Source of the DNA: Geopsychrobacteraceae bacterium
GTDB taxonomy: Bacteria > Desulfobacterota > Desulfuromonadia > Desulfuromonadales > Geopsychrobacteraceae
NCBI GenBank assembly: GCA_963676795.2
Contig: CAXXTB010000002.1
Coordinates: 352,001 to 416,000 of the forward strand
Direction: 5' to 3'
Length of the DNA stretch: 64,000 nucleotides
Shown: positions 55,351-64,000 of the stretch, one piece after another
Layout: each line of letters opens with the position of its first letter
Position numbering within the stretch: the first letter of the stretch is position 1
Made by a program: the position numbers and the translations under genes
Notes under the pieces: generated by a model
What the model was told of the DNA's origin: nothing
What the model saw: only the letters and a program-made list of their open reading frames with translations
The model's database searches: none

Positions 55351-57477
55351 TCAGTGCTTCTGGATAAACTCCCAGCAGTCATCGGCAGCAAGGGGCTCAC
55401 TGATCAGATACCCTTGATATTCGTGACACCCCAGACTGCCGAGAATTTGCTGTTGCTGTAGCCGTTCGATATATTCGGCGACAACTGTGAAATTCTGAGA
55501 AACGGCTAGGTGTACAAGGGCAGAAACAATGTCCTGACAATGCTTTTCCTGGTCGATATTGCGGATCAGAGAACCGTCTATTTTGACCTTGCTGAAGTGG
55601 TAGCGCCTTAGATAAAGCAGTGAGGTGTGCCCCATTCCGAAATCATCAATCGCGAGTTTTAGGCCCAGATCGGAGAGGGCGGTAATGACCCTGTCGGTGA
55701 TTTCGTCGGTTCCGAGTTCAAGACCCTCGGTAATTTCCAGGTCGATGGCTGCCGGGTGGATTTCGGTTTGTTGCAGCAGTCTCGTCAGCTGGAAAGGCAG
55801 TTGTGGATTTTTGAGTTGCAATGGTGACAGGTTGATAGAAACTCGCAGGTTCTTAGCCCCCTGCTGCTGCCACTGAGCCAACTGCTGCGTTGCCATCTCC
55901 AGAACTTTAAGCCCTATGGAGTGAATCTGTCCGGATTCTTCAGCAATGGTGATGAACAGGGAGGGAGGAATCAGTCCGAAACGGGTGTGTTTCCAGCGCA
56001 GCAAAGCTTCAAAGCAGGTAATCTGGTCCTGATTATTGACCAGTGGTTGATAGACAAGAAAAAACTCACCTTTTGCCAGGGCTATCTCCATTTCATCCGC
56101 AAGAGAGCAGGCGATCTGTCCAAGGATGTCTCGTCGTTTCAGCAATTTCAGTTTCTTTGTTGTCGGCTGATGCTGGACCAAATGAACCAGTCGGTCGTAT
56201 TCTTTTTGAAAGTCATTATCTGCTTTTATGTGGTGCAGCCGTAGAAATGGAAAATATAGTGCAGTCCCCACGCTGAGATTGATGGCTTGGATCATGACAC
56301 CGTGCCAGGACATGGTGGTCTTGTATCCGCTTAGAAATATAGGGATTGTCCATTGAACATCCGTGATACTTCTCGGCATAAATCCGATGGCGGTTGCCAG
56401 ATAGGCAATAAGCAGCATGATTACGGGAACCAGAATAAAGGGGATAATGAATATGGGGTTCAGTACGATCGGCAGACCGAAAGTCACCAGTTCATTGACA
56501 TTAAACAGCGACGGTAGCAACGATAATTTTGCCAGTCGCAGACTGTTTTTGTGTCGATAGCTAAGAAAGATGGCGATGAGCAGACAAAACGTTGCTCCTG
56601 ATCCTCCCAGCATAGTGAAACTGTCCATGAATGGTTTGGTGATGATATGGGGTGGCACGCCGTCCGTGGCGACAGCCGCTATGTTTGCATGCAGATTATC
56701 GACGAACAGACCGTTGATAATAGGAAAGAGGATATTGTTGCCGTGCAGGCCGAAAAACCACAAAATCTGGCTGAGGACGGTAAAACAGACGCCTGTCAAT
56801 AGGGGGTTATGCAGATGCCTGAACAGGGAGGTTAAAACCTCGGACAAGAACTGATTGATATCGGGGATATCCGCAGCAATCAGCGCTCCGCGTAGGAGCA
56901 TAAAGGCGATGAGGGTCAGAAACGTCGGCAGTAGTACCTCAAAGGCGTTCTTTAAGTCGGCGTCAGGATTGTGTTTCCATTGCCAACCTTTTTTCTTTTG
57001 TACTGTCAGCAGAAAAACAAACAATTCGGCAGAAATAATCGAAGACATGATCGCGAGAAGGATATTTGACTGGTTGAGGGTATCGACCCTCAGCCACTCT
57101 TCTGCGGGATGAAATTGAAGATTGACGGCGATGATGAGGAAACTCAGCATAGAAATGAGTGGCGCGAGACCAGGATTGATTCCCTGAACCTTTTCTGTTC
57201 TCAATATAGCGGTGAAATAGCCGACAGAACCTGAGAGCAAAAGCCCCAGAAGCCCGAAGGTCAGATTTGTCAGTAGTTCGGCAAACACTTTCCAGTTTGT
57301 GCCAAATTCTCTGAGCATCGCCTGTTGATAGGATACGACCGGAAAGTTGGTGACAACCAACGCTAGAGATCCGAACAAAATGAAAGGGAACAGGGCAAAA
57401 AAACTTTTTCTGATGGCTTTGATCCAAAGCAACTCAGATATTCTGTCGGAAAATATCAAGATCTTATCGAAAAACAC
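55351..57477 (-). CDS. PTS EIIC (Lac/ChbC-like) - EAL c-di-GMP phosphodiesterase fusion
   Basis: WFFGLHG, LGGSGAT, LFNVNELVTFGLPIVLNP, then YQP, FEALLRW, LEITE, AIDDFGMG, KIDGS, AEYIE, QGYL. Confidence 0.88.
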   Translation of the reverse strand: MFFDKILIFSDRISELLWIKAIRKSFFALFPFILFGSLALVVTNFPVVSYQQAMLREFGTNWKVFAELLTNLTFGLLGLLLSGSVGYFTAILRTEKVQGINPGLAPLISMLSFLIIAVNLQFHPAEEWLRVDTLNQSNILLAIMSSIISAELFVFLLTVQKKKGWQWKHNPDADLKNAFEVLLPTFLTLIAFMLLRGALIAADIPDINQFLSEVLTSLFRHLHNPLLTGVCFTVLSQILWFFGLHGNNILFPIINGLFVDNLHANIAAVATDGVPPHIITKPFMDSFTMLGGSGATFCLLIAIFLSYRHKNSLRLAKLSLLPSLFNVNELVTFGLPIVLNPIFIIPFILVPVIMLLIAYLATAIGFMPRSITDVQWTIPIFLSGYKTTMSWHGVMIQAINLSVGTALYFPFLRLHHIKADNDFQKEYDRLVHLVQHQPTTKKLKLLKRRDILGQIACSLADEMEIALAKGEFFLVYQPLVNNQDQITCFEALLRWKHTRFGLIPPSLFITIAEESGQIHSIGLKVLEMATQQLAQWQQQGAKNLRVSINLSPLQLKNPQLPFQLTRLLQQTEIHPAAIDLEITEGLELGTDEITDRVITALSDLGLKLAIDDFGMGHTSLLYLRRYHFSKVKIDGSLIRNIDQEKHCQDIVSALVHLAVSQNFTVVAEYIERLQQQQILGSLGCHEYQGYLISEPLAADDCWEFIQKH

Positions 57478-57906
57478 TGTTCCCCCTATCTGAAAAGTTC
57501 AGAGGTGTCGTTGCTTTTGAACTGATTGGGTTTCAGGAATATTCATTTGAAGCGGTTTATTATTCTAGAATTTAGTTAATTAGTCCAGAGTAATCATTTT
57601 TGAGGGCAGAACCGTTTTGGCCGATGAAAATTTTACAGCAGCTTTTGCCTTCGATGGAGGAGGTTCCTCTGGGTCGCTGCTCAAGGGGGCGAATTTCTTT
57701 ACAACTGAGAGTTTTATTCGCGGTCTGTTTGAGCGAAGAGAGCTATCCGTGGTGCAGAGGATGCGGTTGCCGTTCCGAAACATTAGTCGTCAGAGCGTAC
57801 CTCTACTGCCAATCACAAATAATCCTCGGTTTTTGGCGGATGCTATCCGTCCAACAATATGATAAAAAGTAAAGCGCTTGTCCGGTTGCTCTGAAAGAAA
57901 ATTGCT

Positions 57907-60099
57907 ATGACACAATTGCTTGCCGATATTGCTGTGAATGCCCCCGTGAGGCAGCTCTACTCCTATGCGATACCAGGACGGTTCGATCCTGAGTTGCAGG
58001 TCGGCATGCGCGTCAGGGTTCCCTTCGGCCGGCGGACGCTGACCGGTTACGTCGTTGCCATCAGGACGGGTTCAGTGGCAGAGCTCAAGCCGATCTCGGA
58101 GCTGCCGGACAAGGAACCGCTGTTGCCGGAAAAGGTCCTGCTCTTGCTCCAGTGGGCGGCGGCCTACTACCGTTACCCCGTCGGCCAGGTGATCAGCAAT
58201 GCACTGCCTGGCGATCTGGGCAGCAATAAATCATCGACCAAAATTCTCAAAGAAGCGGTCTACTCCATCCGTGACGCGACCGTTGTGCTGCGTGGCGAAA
58301 AGCAGCAGCAACTGCTGGCCTATCTGCAGCAGGTCGGGAACGCTGGTCTTGGCGATCTGCGAGAACGCTTCCCGTCTCCCCATCAGAGTTTGCAGCGGAT
58401 GGTCGAGCTGGGCTGCCTCATGGAAAGCGAAGAAGAGCTGATCCGCGATCCGTTCCGGCAGATCCGGGTCTCCCCCGATGAGGCCAAGACCCTCAACGAT
58501 TCGCAGGCTGCTGCCGTTAAGACCATTGCGGGAGCGCTGGAAATGCAGGCCAGGCGTGGGTTTCTGCTCCATGGTGTGACCGGCAGCGGCAAGACGGAAG
58601 TCTATCTGCAGTCTGTGGCAAACTGTCTCGAACTGGGCCGCCAGGCCCTGATCCTGGTTCCCGAGATCTCCCTGACCCCCCAACTGGTCGGCCGCTTTCG
58701 GGCTCGTTTTGAACATCTGGGAATCGAAATCGCGGTACTGCACAGTGGCTTAAGCGGCGGAGAACGCTACGATGCCTGGCGCCGGATCGTTCGCGGCGAG
58801 GTGCAGATCGTCATCGGTGCCCGGTCGGCGGTTTTTGCTCCGCTTGAGAAGCCGGGACTGATCATCGTCGACGAGGAACACGATGCGAGTTACAAACAGG
58901 GGGAGGGGTTCCGCTATAACGCCAGAGACCTCGCCCTGGTCCGTGGTCAGCAGCAGAACTGTCCCGTTGTACTCGGCAGCGCGACCCCCTCATTTGCCAG
59001 TTATCATCGTTCCGAAACCGGTTTTCTGGAGCGTCTGGTGCTCGATAAGCGGGTCCATGAAGGGGCGCTGCCCGAGGTCGAACTGATCGACCTGCGTGAG
59101 TACAAGTCGGAAACCGAGCTCTCCGCGCCACTGATCGAGGCCTTGCAAGAGGCTCTGGAACAGCGCCAGCAGGCGATGCTGTTGCTCAACCGGCGCGGCT
59201 ATTCGCCGTTTCTGCTCTGCACCGATTGCGGCTCCAGCTTTTACTGTCCCAACTGCGAGATCACCCTGACCTACCATCAGCAGAAAAAGCACCTGCGCTG
59301 TCATTACTGCGATTACATCGAGCCGGTTCCCGAGCACTGCCCGAAGTGTCATGGTCTGCATATCGAACCCCAGGGGGCGGGCACCGAACGGCTGGAAGAA
59401 GAACTTGTCGAACTGTTTCCCGGGGCCAGGATCGCCCGCATGGATCGAGATACGACGACGCGTAAGGGCGCCCACCAGCAACTGCTGGAGCGGATGCAGG
59501 CCCACCAGATCGATATCCTGGTCGGTACTCAGATGATCGCCAAGGGGCACGATTTCCCCGGTGTTTCCGTGGTCGGCGTGCTCGGCGCAGACTCCGGACT
59601 GAACCTGCCCGATTTCCGCTCGGCGGAAAGGAGCTTCGCCCTGCTGACCCAGGTGGCCGGACGCGCCGGGCGCAGTGCCGGAGGGGGAAAGGTGTTTATC
59701 CAGACCTATAACCCTGAGCATTATGCCCTGCAATGCACGGTTGAGCAGGATTACCGCAAATTCTACGACTATGAACTTCCTTTCCGGCAGGAGCTGGCCT
59801 ATCCGCCCTTCGGTCACCTGGTCAACCTAGTGGTCAGTGGCAATGTCGAGGGCCAGGTGCGCGGTGCCGCAGAACGTGCCGGGGAAGATCTGCAACGTAT
59901 TGACACTGCGGTCGAGGTGCTCGGTCCGAGTCCCTGTCCGCTGTCGCGGCTGCGCGGTAAAAGCCGCTATCAGATTCTGCTCAAGGCGGCCGACCGGAAA
60001 GCCCTGCGCCGGGTGGTCGACCAGCTTGACAGTGTTGTCCGGCATCTGCCACGCCAGGTTTCATTGAGTGTTGATGTCGACCCGCTGGATATGTTGTAA
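57907..60099 (+). CDS. priA: Primosomal protein N'
   Basis: RVRVPFG, LHGVTGSGKTEVY, IIVDEEH, GSATPS, LNRRGY, four CxxC, GTQMIAKGHDFP, QVAGRAGR, VDVDP. Confidence 0.97.
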   Translation: MTQLLADIAVNAPVRQLYSYAIPGRFDPELQVGMRVRVPFGRRTLTGYVVAIRTGSVAELKPISELPDKEPLLPEKVLLLLQWAAAYYRYPVGQVISNALPGDLGSNKSSTKILKEAVYSIRDATVVLRGEKQQQLLAYLQQVGNAGLGDLRERFPSPHQSLQRMVELGCLMESEEELIRDPFRQIRVSPDEAKTLNDSQAAAVKTIAGALEMQARRGFLLHGVTGSGKTEVYLQSVANCLELGRQALILVPEISLTPQLVGRFRARFEHLGIEIAVLHSGLSGGERYDAWRRIVRGEVQIVIGARSAVFAPLEKPGLIIVDEEHDASYKQGEGFRYNARDLALVRGQQQNCPVVLGSATPSFASYHRSETGFLERLVLDKRVHEGALPEVELIDLREYKSETELSAPLIEALQEALEQRQQAMLLLNRRGYSPFLLCTDCGSSFYCPNCEITLTYHQQKKHLRCHYCDYIEPVPEHCPKCHGLHIEPQGAGTERLEEELVELFPGARIARMDRDTTTRKGAHQQLLERMQAHQIDILVGTQMIAKGHDFPGVSVVGVLGADSGLNLPDFRSAERSFALLTQVAGRAGRSAGGGKVFIQTYNPEHYALQCTVEQDYRKFYDYELPFRQELAYPPFGHLVNLVVSGNVEGQVRGAAERAGEDLQRIDTAVEVLGPSPCPLSRLRGKSRYQILLKAADRKALRRVVDQLDSVVRHLPRQVSLSVDVDPLDML

Positions 60100-60179
60100 T
60101 TTAGCCGATTTACCAAAAACAATCTTGATTGCGATTGCTGCGGGAAAAACAAATGAAAAGCTATTCTCAAAGGGAGACT

Positions 60180-61376
60180 ATGAGGTTATCCGTTGTTGCG
60201 AGCGTCCTGTCCCTGCTGCTGTTGCTGGCGGGTTGTGCAGGCAGGAATATCGGACCCGGCCCCGCTGTGGACACCGGTGGTGAGAGTGCTCCGGCCGAAG
60301 CCCTGATCGCTGTCGACTGGACCGCCGTCGACGGCTGGCTGCTCGATCGCCCGGCGGCCGCCCTGGATACCTTTCGGAGCAGCTGTCGGGCTGTGGGGAA
60401 GCGCTCCCAGTGGCAGCAGGTCTGCAGTCTGGCCGGTGCGATCGATCCGGTGACCGATGAGACTGCCAGACATTTCTTTGAAACCTATTTTCAGCCATAC
60501 CAGGTCACTGAGGAGGACGGCAGCACAGTCGGTCTGCTGACCGGCTACTATGCTCCGGAACTGGAAGGCCGGCGCACCCCTGATGCGACCTTTCGCTATC
60601 CGCTCTATCGTCAGCCCGATGACCTGCTGATCGTCGACCTGGCCGAGCTCTACCCCGAACTCGGGAACTATCGTCTGCGCGGCCGTCTGATCGGCAATCG
60701 GGTCGTTCCCTATTTTGAGCGCAGTGAGATCGATAACGGAAAAAAACCGCTGGAAGGATATGAGCTGTTCTGGGTGGCCGATCCGGTCGACCTGTTTTTT
60801 CTCCATATCCAGGGCTCCGGCCGGATCCTCCTGCCTGGTGGTGAACGGGTCATGGTCAATTACGCCAACCAGAACGGCTATCCTTACCGCTCGATCGGCA
60901 AGCTGCTGCTTGAGCGTAACGCCATGACGCGCGACCAGATGTCGATGCAGAATATCCGCCGCTGGGTGCAGGAGCATCCGCAGGAAGGGTTTGATCTGCT
61001 GGCTGAAAATCCGAGCTATGTTTTCTTTCGGGAGCTCGATGCAGGGGTGACCTCGCCGCTGGGGGCCCTGGGTATTCCGTTGACGCCGCTGCGCAGCCTG
61101 GCCGTAGATCCGCGCACCATTCCGCTCGGCGCGCCGGTCTTTGTCGCGACCAGCTATCCGGGAACCGATCTGCCGCTGCAGCAGTTAATGGTCGCCCAGG
61201 ATACAGGGGGGGCCATCAAGGGGCGCGCCCGTGGCGATTTTTTCTGGGGGTTAGGCGGCGAGGCCGGTTCGGTTGCCGGAAAGATGAAGCAGGACAGCCG
61301 GTTCTGGGTGCTGTTGCCCAAAGAGCAGAATATCTCAGAGGCGAGTTGTGCCAATGCCGCTCGAAACGGAGGATAG
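60180..61376 (+). CDS. mltA: Membrane-bound lytic murein transglycosylase A
   Basis: Lipobox LAGC, TGYY, HIQGSG, NPSYVFF, AVDP, AQDTGGAIKG, DFFWG. Confidence 0.92.
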   Translation: MRLSVVASVLSLLLLLAGCAGRNIGPGPAVDTGGESAPAEALIAVDWTAVDGWLLDRPAAALDTFRSSCRAVGKRSQWQQVCSLAGAIDPVTDETARHFFETYFQPYQVTEEDGSTVGLLTGYYAPELEGRRTPDATFRYPLYRQPDDLLIVDLAELYPELGNYRLRGRLIGNRVVPYFERSEIDNGKKPLEGYELFWVADPVDLFFLHIQGSGRILLPGGERVMVNYANQNGYPYRSIGKLLLERNAMTRDQMSMQNIRRWVQEHPQEGFDLLAENPSYVFFRELDAGVTSPLGALGIPLTPLRSLAVDPRTIPLGAPVFVATSYPGTDLPLQQLMVAQDTGGAIKGRARGDFFWGLGGEAGSVAGKMKQDSRFWVLLPKEQNISEASCANAARNGG

Positions 61377-61380
61377 TCCG

Positions 61381-61821
61381 ATGGATGAACAGCCCAAGCA
61401 CGTCGTTGTTGTCAGTTGCCTGATTCGCAATCCCCAGGGGCAGGTTCTGCTGGTCAAACATCGCAGCCGGGGCTGGGAGCTGCCCCAGGGGCGCGTCGAG
61501 GAAGGGGAAGGGCTGATCTTCGCCTTAAGTCGGGAAGTCCTCGAGGAGACGGGGGTGACCATCAGTCATTCTCAGCTCGAAGTTGTCTGGTCCAAGGTTT
61601 CCAATCCTGCCGCGATTATTTTCTGCTTTTCGGCCAGGTACGCCAGTGGTGAACTCTGTCCGAGCGATGAAACCCCCGAGGTTGAGTGGTGTGCAGAGCC
61701 GGAGGTTCTGTCCCGCGTTCAGCACCCGGTCAACCGCGATCGCCTCCAGTCCCTGTTCAATAGCTCCTCCGGAATTCGCTTTCACAGCTACGCCACCGGT
61801 CCTTACCGGATGCTCAGTTGA
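61381..61821 (+). CDS. Nudix hydrolase
   Basis: Nudix box GRVEEGEGLIFALSREVLEETG; RBS GGAGGA. Confidence 0.88.
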   Translation: MDEQPKHVVVVSCLIRNPQGQVLLVKHRSRGWELPQGRVEEGEGLIFALSREVLEETGVTISHSQLEVVWSKVSNPAAIIFCFSARYASGELCPSDETPEVEWCAEPEVLSRVQHPVNRDRLQSLFNSSSGIRFHSYATGPYRMLS

Positions 61822-62059
61822 CAGATAAGCCGTTTGATTCAATCTAAACCACGTATTTTCTCAGGCTGACCTTTCCGCTGTATGTCCCCTCTTTGCCGTC
61901 TTAACGCTGTTTTAAAAAAACAGTCATAAAATCAACAAGCTAACTTTTTGTTGCCCCCCTTCCTTCCTGTCCAAAAAATTGTGTATTATTGACTTCTATG
62001 GTCATCTTCTCATGTGAAGGTGGCAGCATCGTCCACCGTTCTTGGAAGGAGTTGACGGC

Positions 62060-64000
62060 ATGTCCAATCCGAACGACATCAAGTCGAATATGCAGCTTCA
62101 GGAAATAGAAGACAGGGAGTGGCGTGAGTCGCTCGACTATGTTCTGCAGGAACATGGGCCGGAGCGGATGAAGGAGATTCTGCGCCAGTTGCAGATCCGT
62201 GCCCAGGAACAGGGGGTGAGTATCCCCTTTACCGCCAATACCCCCTATATCAATAGCATTCCGACCGGTCAGCAGCCGGTCTATCCGGGCAATCGCGAGA
62301 TCGAGCGGCGCATCAAGTCGATCATCCGCTGGAACGCCATGGCCATGGTCGTGCGGGCCAACCGCGAATCGGCCGGAATCGGCGGCCATATCTCCAGTTT
62401 TGCATCGGTTGCGACCCTCTGGGAGGTCGGCTTCAATCACTTCTGGCGCGGCCGCACCGACGATTTCATTGGGGATATGGTCTATTTCCAGGGACACGCC
62501 TCACCGGGGGTTTACTCACGCGCCTTTCTGGAAGGGCGCTTAAGCGAGAAGGATCTGGAAAATTTTCGCCGTGAGCTGAGTGAAGGCGGGGGGCTTTCCT
62601 CCTATCCGCACCCCTTTCTGATGCGTGATTTCTGGGAATTTCCAACCGTTTCCATGGGTCTGACGGCGATCAGCGCGATCTACCAGGCGCGTTTCAATCA
62701 TTATCTGGCCGATCGCGGTCTGCGCAAGCCGAGCGGCCGCAAGGTCTGGGCGCTGCTCGGCGACGGCGAAATGGATGAGCCGGAATCGCTCGGCGCGATC
62801 AGCCTGGCCGCCCGTGAGAAGCTCGACAATCTGATCTTTGTTATCAACTGCAACCTGCAACGGCTCGATGGCCCGGTGCGCGGCAACGGCAAGATCATCC
62901 AGGAGCTCGAGGCCAATTTCCGCGGTGCCGGCTGGAATGTTATCAAGGTCATCTGGAGCAGTGACTGGGATCCGCTTCTTGAGGCGGACAAAAGCGGCAA
63001 GCTGATCAAGCGCATGGAGGAGATCCTCGATGGCGAGATGCAGCGCTATACGGCGATGAACGGAGCCCGGATCCGTACGGAGTTTTTCGGCAAGTACCCT
63101 GAGTTGCTTGAACTGGTCAAGGGCTACTCGGACGAGCAGCTCGGTCAGCTCAAGCGCGGCGGTCACGACCCGGTCAAGGTCTACGCGGCCTACAAGGCGG
63201 CGGTCGAGCATAAAGGAGCGCCGACCGTTATTCTGGCCCAGACCATCAAGGGCTACGGGCTCGGCGAGGCGGGGGAAGGGAAGAATATTACCCACTCGCA
63301 GAAGAAGCTCAATGAAGATGAACTGAAAGAGTTCCGCACCAGGTTCAATATTCCGGTCAGTGATGCCGAGATCGCCTCTGCCCCCTTCTACAAACCGGCC
63401 CAGGACAGTCCGGAGATGACCTACCTGATGGAGCGGCGCTCACAGCTTGGCGGTTTCCTGCCGAGCCGTTTTGACGGCAGCAAGCCGATGGCCTGTATGA
63501 CCGACTGGCTGGTTGAAGAATATCTGGGCGGGTCTGGAGAGCGCGAGCTGGCAACGACCATGGCCTATGTTCATCTGCTCGCCAGACTGCTCAAGGACGA
63601 AGAGGTCGGCAAGTTGATCGTGCCGATTGTTCCCGATGAAGCGCGCACCTTCGGCATGGAGTCGCTGTTCCGCCAGGCCGGTATCTACAGCCACGTCGGC
63701 CAGCTCTATGAGCCGGTCGACAAGGGGAGTCTGCTCTTCTACAACGAAACGAAGAGCGGCGCGATTCTTGAGGAAGGGTTAAGTGAAGCCGGTTCCATGG
63801 CCAGCTTTATCGCTGCAGGGACCTCCTATTCGGCGAACCATGTCCAGACGATACCGTTCTACACCTTCTATTCGATGTTCGGTTTCCAGCGGGTCGGCGA
63901 CCAGATCTGGCAGGCCTGCGACAGCCGTGCCCGCGGCTTCCTGGTCGGTGCTACCGCCGGACGGACCACCCTTGCCGGTGAGGGGTTGCAGCATCAGGAC
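62060..64000 (+). CDS. aceE: Pyruvate dehydrogenase E1, homodimeric type, 3'-truncated by window edge (absent from ORF track)
   Basis: Manual translation from ATG 62060 (RBS AGGAG): EWRESL, TPYINSIP, IRWNAMAMV, GGHISS, YFQGHASPG, ThDP motif GDGEMDEPES...NCNLQRLDGP, RGGHD, PDEARTFGME, ending GEGLQHQD. Confidence 0.96.
   Translation, partial: MSNPNDIKSNMQLQEIEDREWRESLDYVLQEHGPERMKEILRQLQIRAQEQGVSIPFTANTPYINSIPTGQQPVYPGNREIERRIKSIIRWNAMAMVVRANRESAGIGGHISSFASVATLWEVGFNHFWRGRTDDFIGDMVYFQGHASPGVYSRAFLEGRLSEKDLENFRRELSEGGGLSSYPHPFLMRDFWEFPTVSMGLTAISAIYQARFNHYLADRGLRKPSGRKVWALLGDGEMDEPESLGAISLAAREKLDNLIFVINCNLQRLDGPVRGNGKIIQELEANFRGAGWNVIKVIWSSDWDPLLEADKSGKLIKRMEEILDGEMQRYTAMNGARIRTEFFGKYPELLELVKGYSDEQLGQLKRGGHDPVKVYAAYKAAVEHKGAPTVILAQTIKGYGLGEAGEGKNITHSQKKLNEDELKEFRTRFNIPVSDAEIASAPFYKPAQDSPEMTYLMERRSQLGGFLPSRFDGSKPMACMTDWLVEEYLGGSGERELATTMAYVHLLARLLKDEEVGKLIVPIVPDEARTFGMESLFRQAGIYSHVGQLYEPVDKGSLLFYNETKSGAILEEGLSEAGSMASFIAAGTSYSANHVQTIPFYTFYSMFGFQRVGDQIWQACDSRARGFLVGATAGRTTLAGEGLQHQD

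Noticed and set aside
57580..57872. Short ORFs between the EAL gene and priA
   Set aside because: Three overlapping 67-90 aa ORFs with no convincing RBS or motif. A small gene cannot be excluded.
48588..60977. Long antisense ORFs (48588-49115, 50742-51446, 52163-52840, 53504-54187, 58990-59817, 60186-60977)
   Set aside because: Each overlaps a well-supported gene on the opposite strand, as expected from GC-rich codon bias. No motifs.
61940..63994. Minus-strand ORFs listed in the track (185, 251, 104 aa etc.)
   Set aside because: Antisense shadows of aceE, which runs off the window on the + strand.
1..64000. tRNA, rRNA, prophage, integrase or anti-phage defence genes
   Set aside because: None recognised by eye. 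A covariance-model or HMM scan would be needed to exclude them fully.

Overview
Chromosomal window from a Desulfuromonadales-type anaerobe (inferred from the IclR/truD/trmB/aroF/priA/aceE neighbourhood and the multiheme cytochromes). The right part (~44.5-64 kb) is mostly GC-richer housekeeping sequence: glpD, glpK, coaE, truD, trmB, an aminotransferase, aroF, priA, mltA, a Nudix hydrolase and a truncated aceE that the ORF track misses. It also holds a complete IS1595-family element and a PTS-IIC/EAL fusion. The left ~44 kb is accessory and appears devoted to plant polyphenols. It encodes three subtype-B tannase-like hydrolases (cytoplasmic, secreted, lipoprotein), an LpdC/AroY-type gallate/protocatechuate decarboxylase, an aromatic-acid MFS permease, a solo TRAP solute receptor and an MCP. 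It also has a TetR-linked corrinoid methyltransferase operon with no THF methyltransferase, and an arylsulfatase lipoprotein followed by a cytochrome b/Rieske/octaheme-TPR module. The most novel-looking elements are: (i) a duplicated cassette of a membrane-anchored putative wHTH-TM-TolB-TPR regulator plus an exported tannase, sharing a 22-bp operator-like palindrome; (ii) the methyltransferase operon, which may pass methyl groups to a thiol or sulfide; (iii) an internally duplicated sensor kinase with a His-less pseudo-DHp; (iv) a 152-bp MITE sharing ends with the IS1595 22 kb away; (v) a promoter- and terminator-bounded candidate sRNA; (vi) a 4x20-bp tandem array before ssb; (vii) a LysR-like box shared by three promoters. 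All product calls come from motif recognition by eye; no database searches were run.
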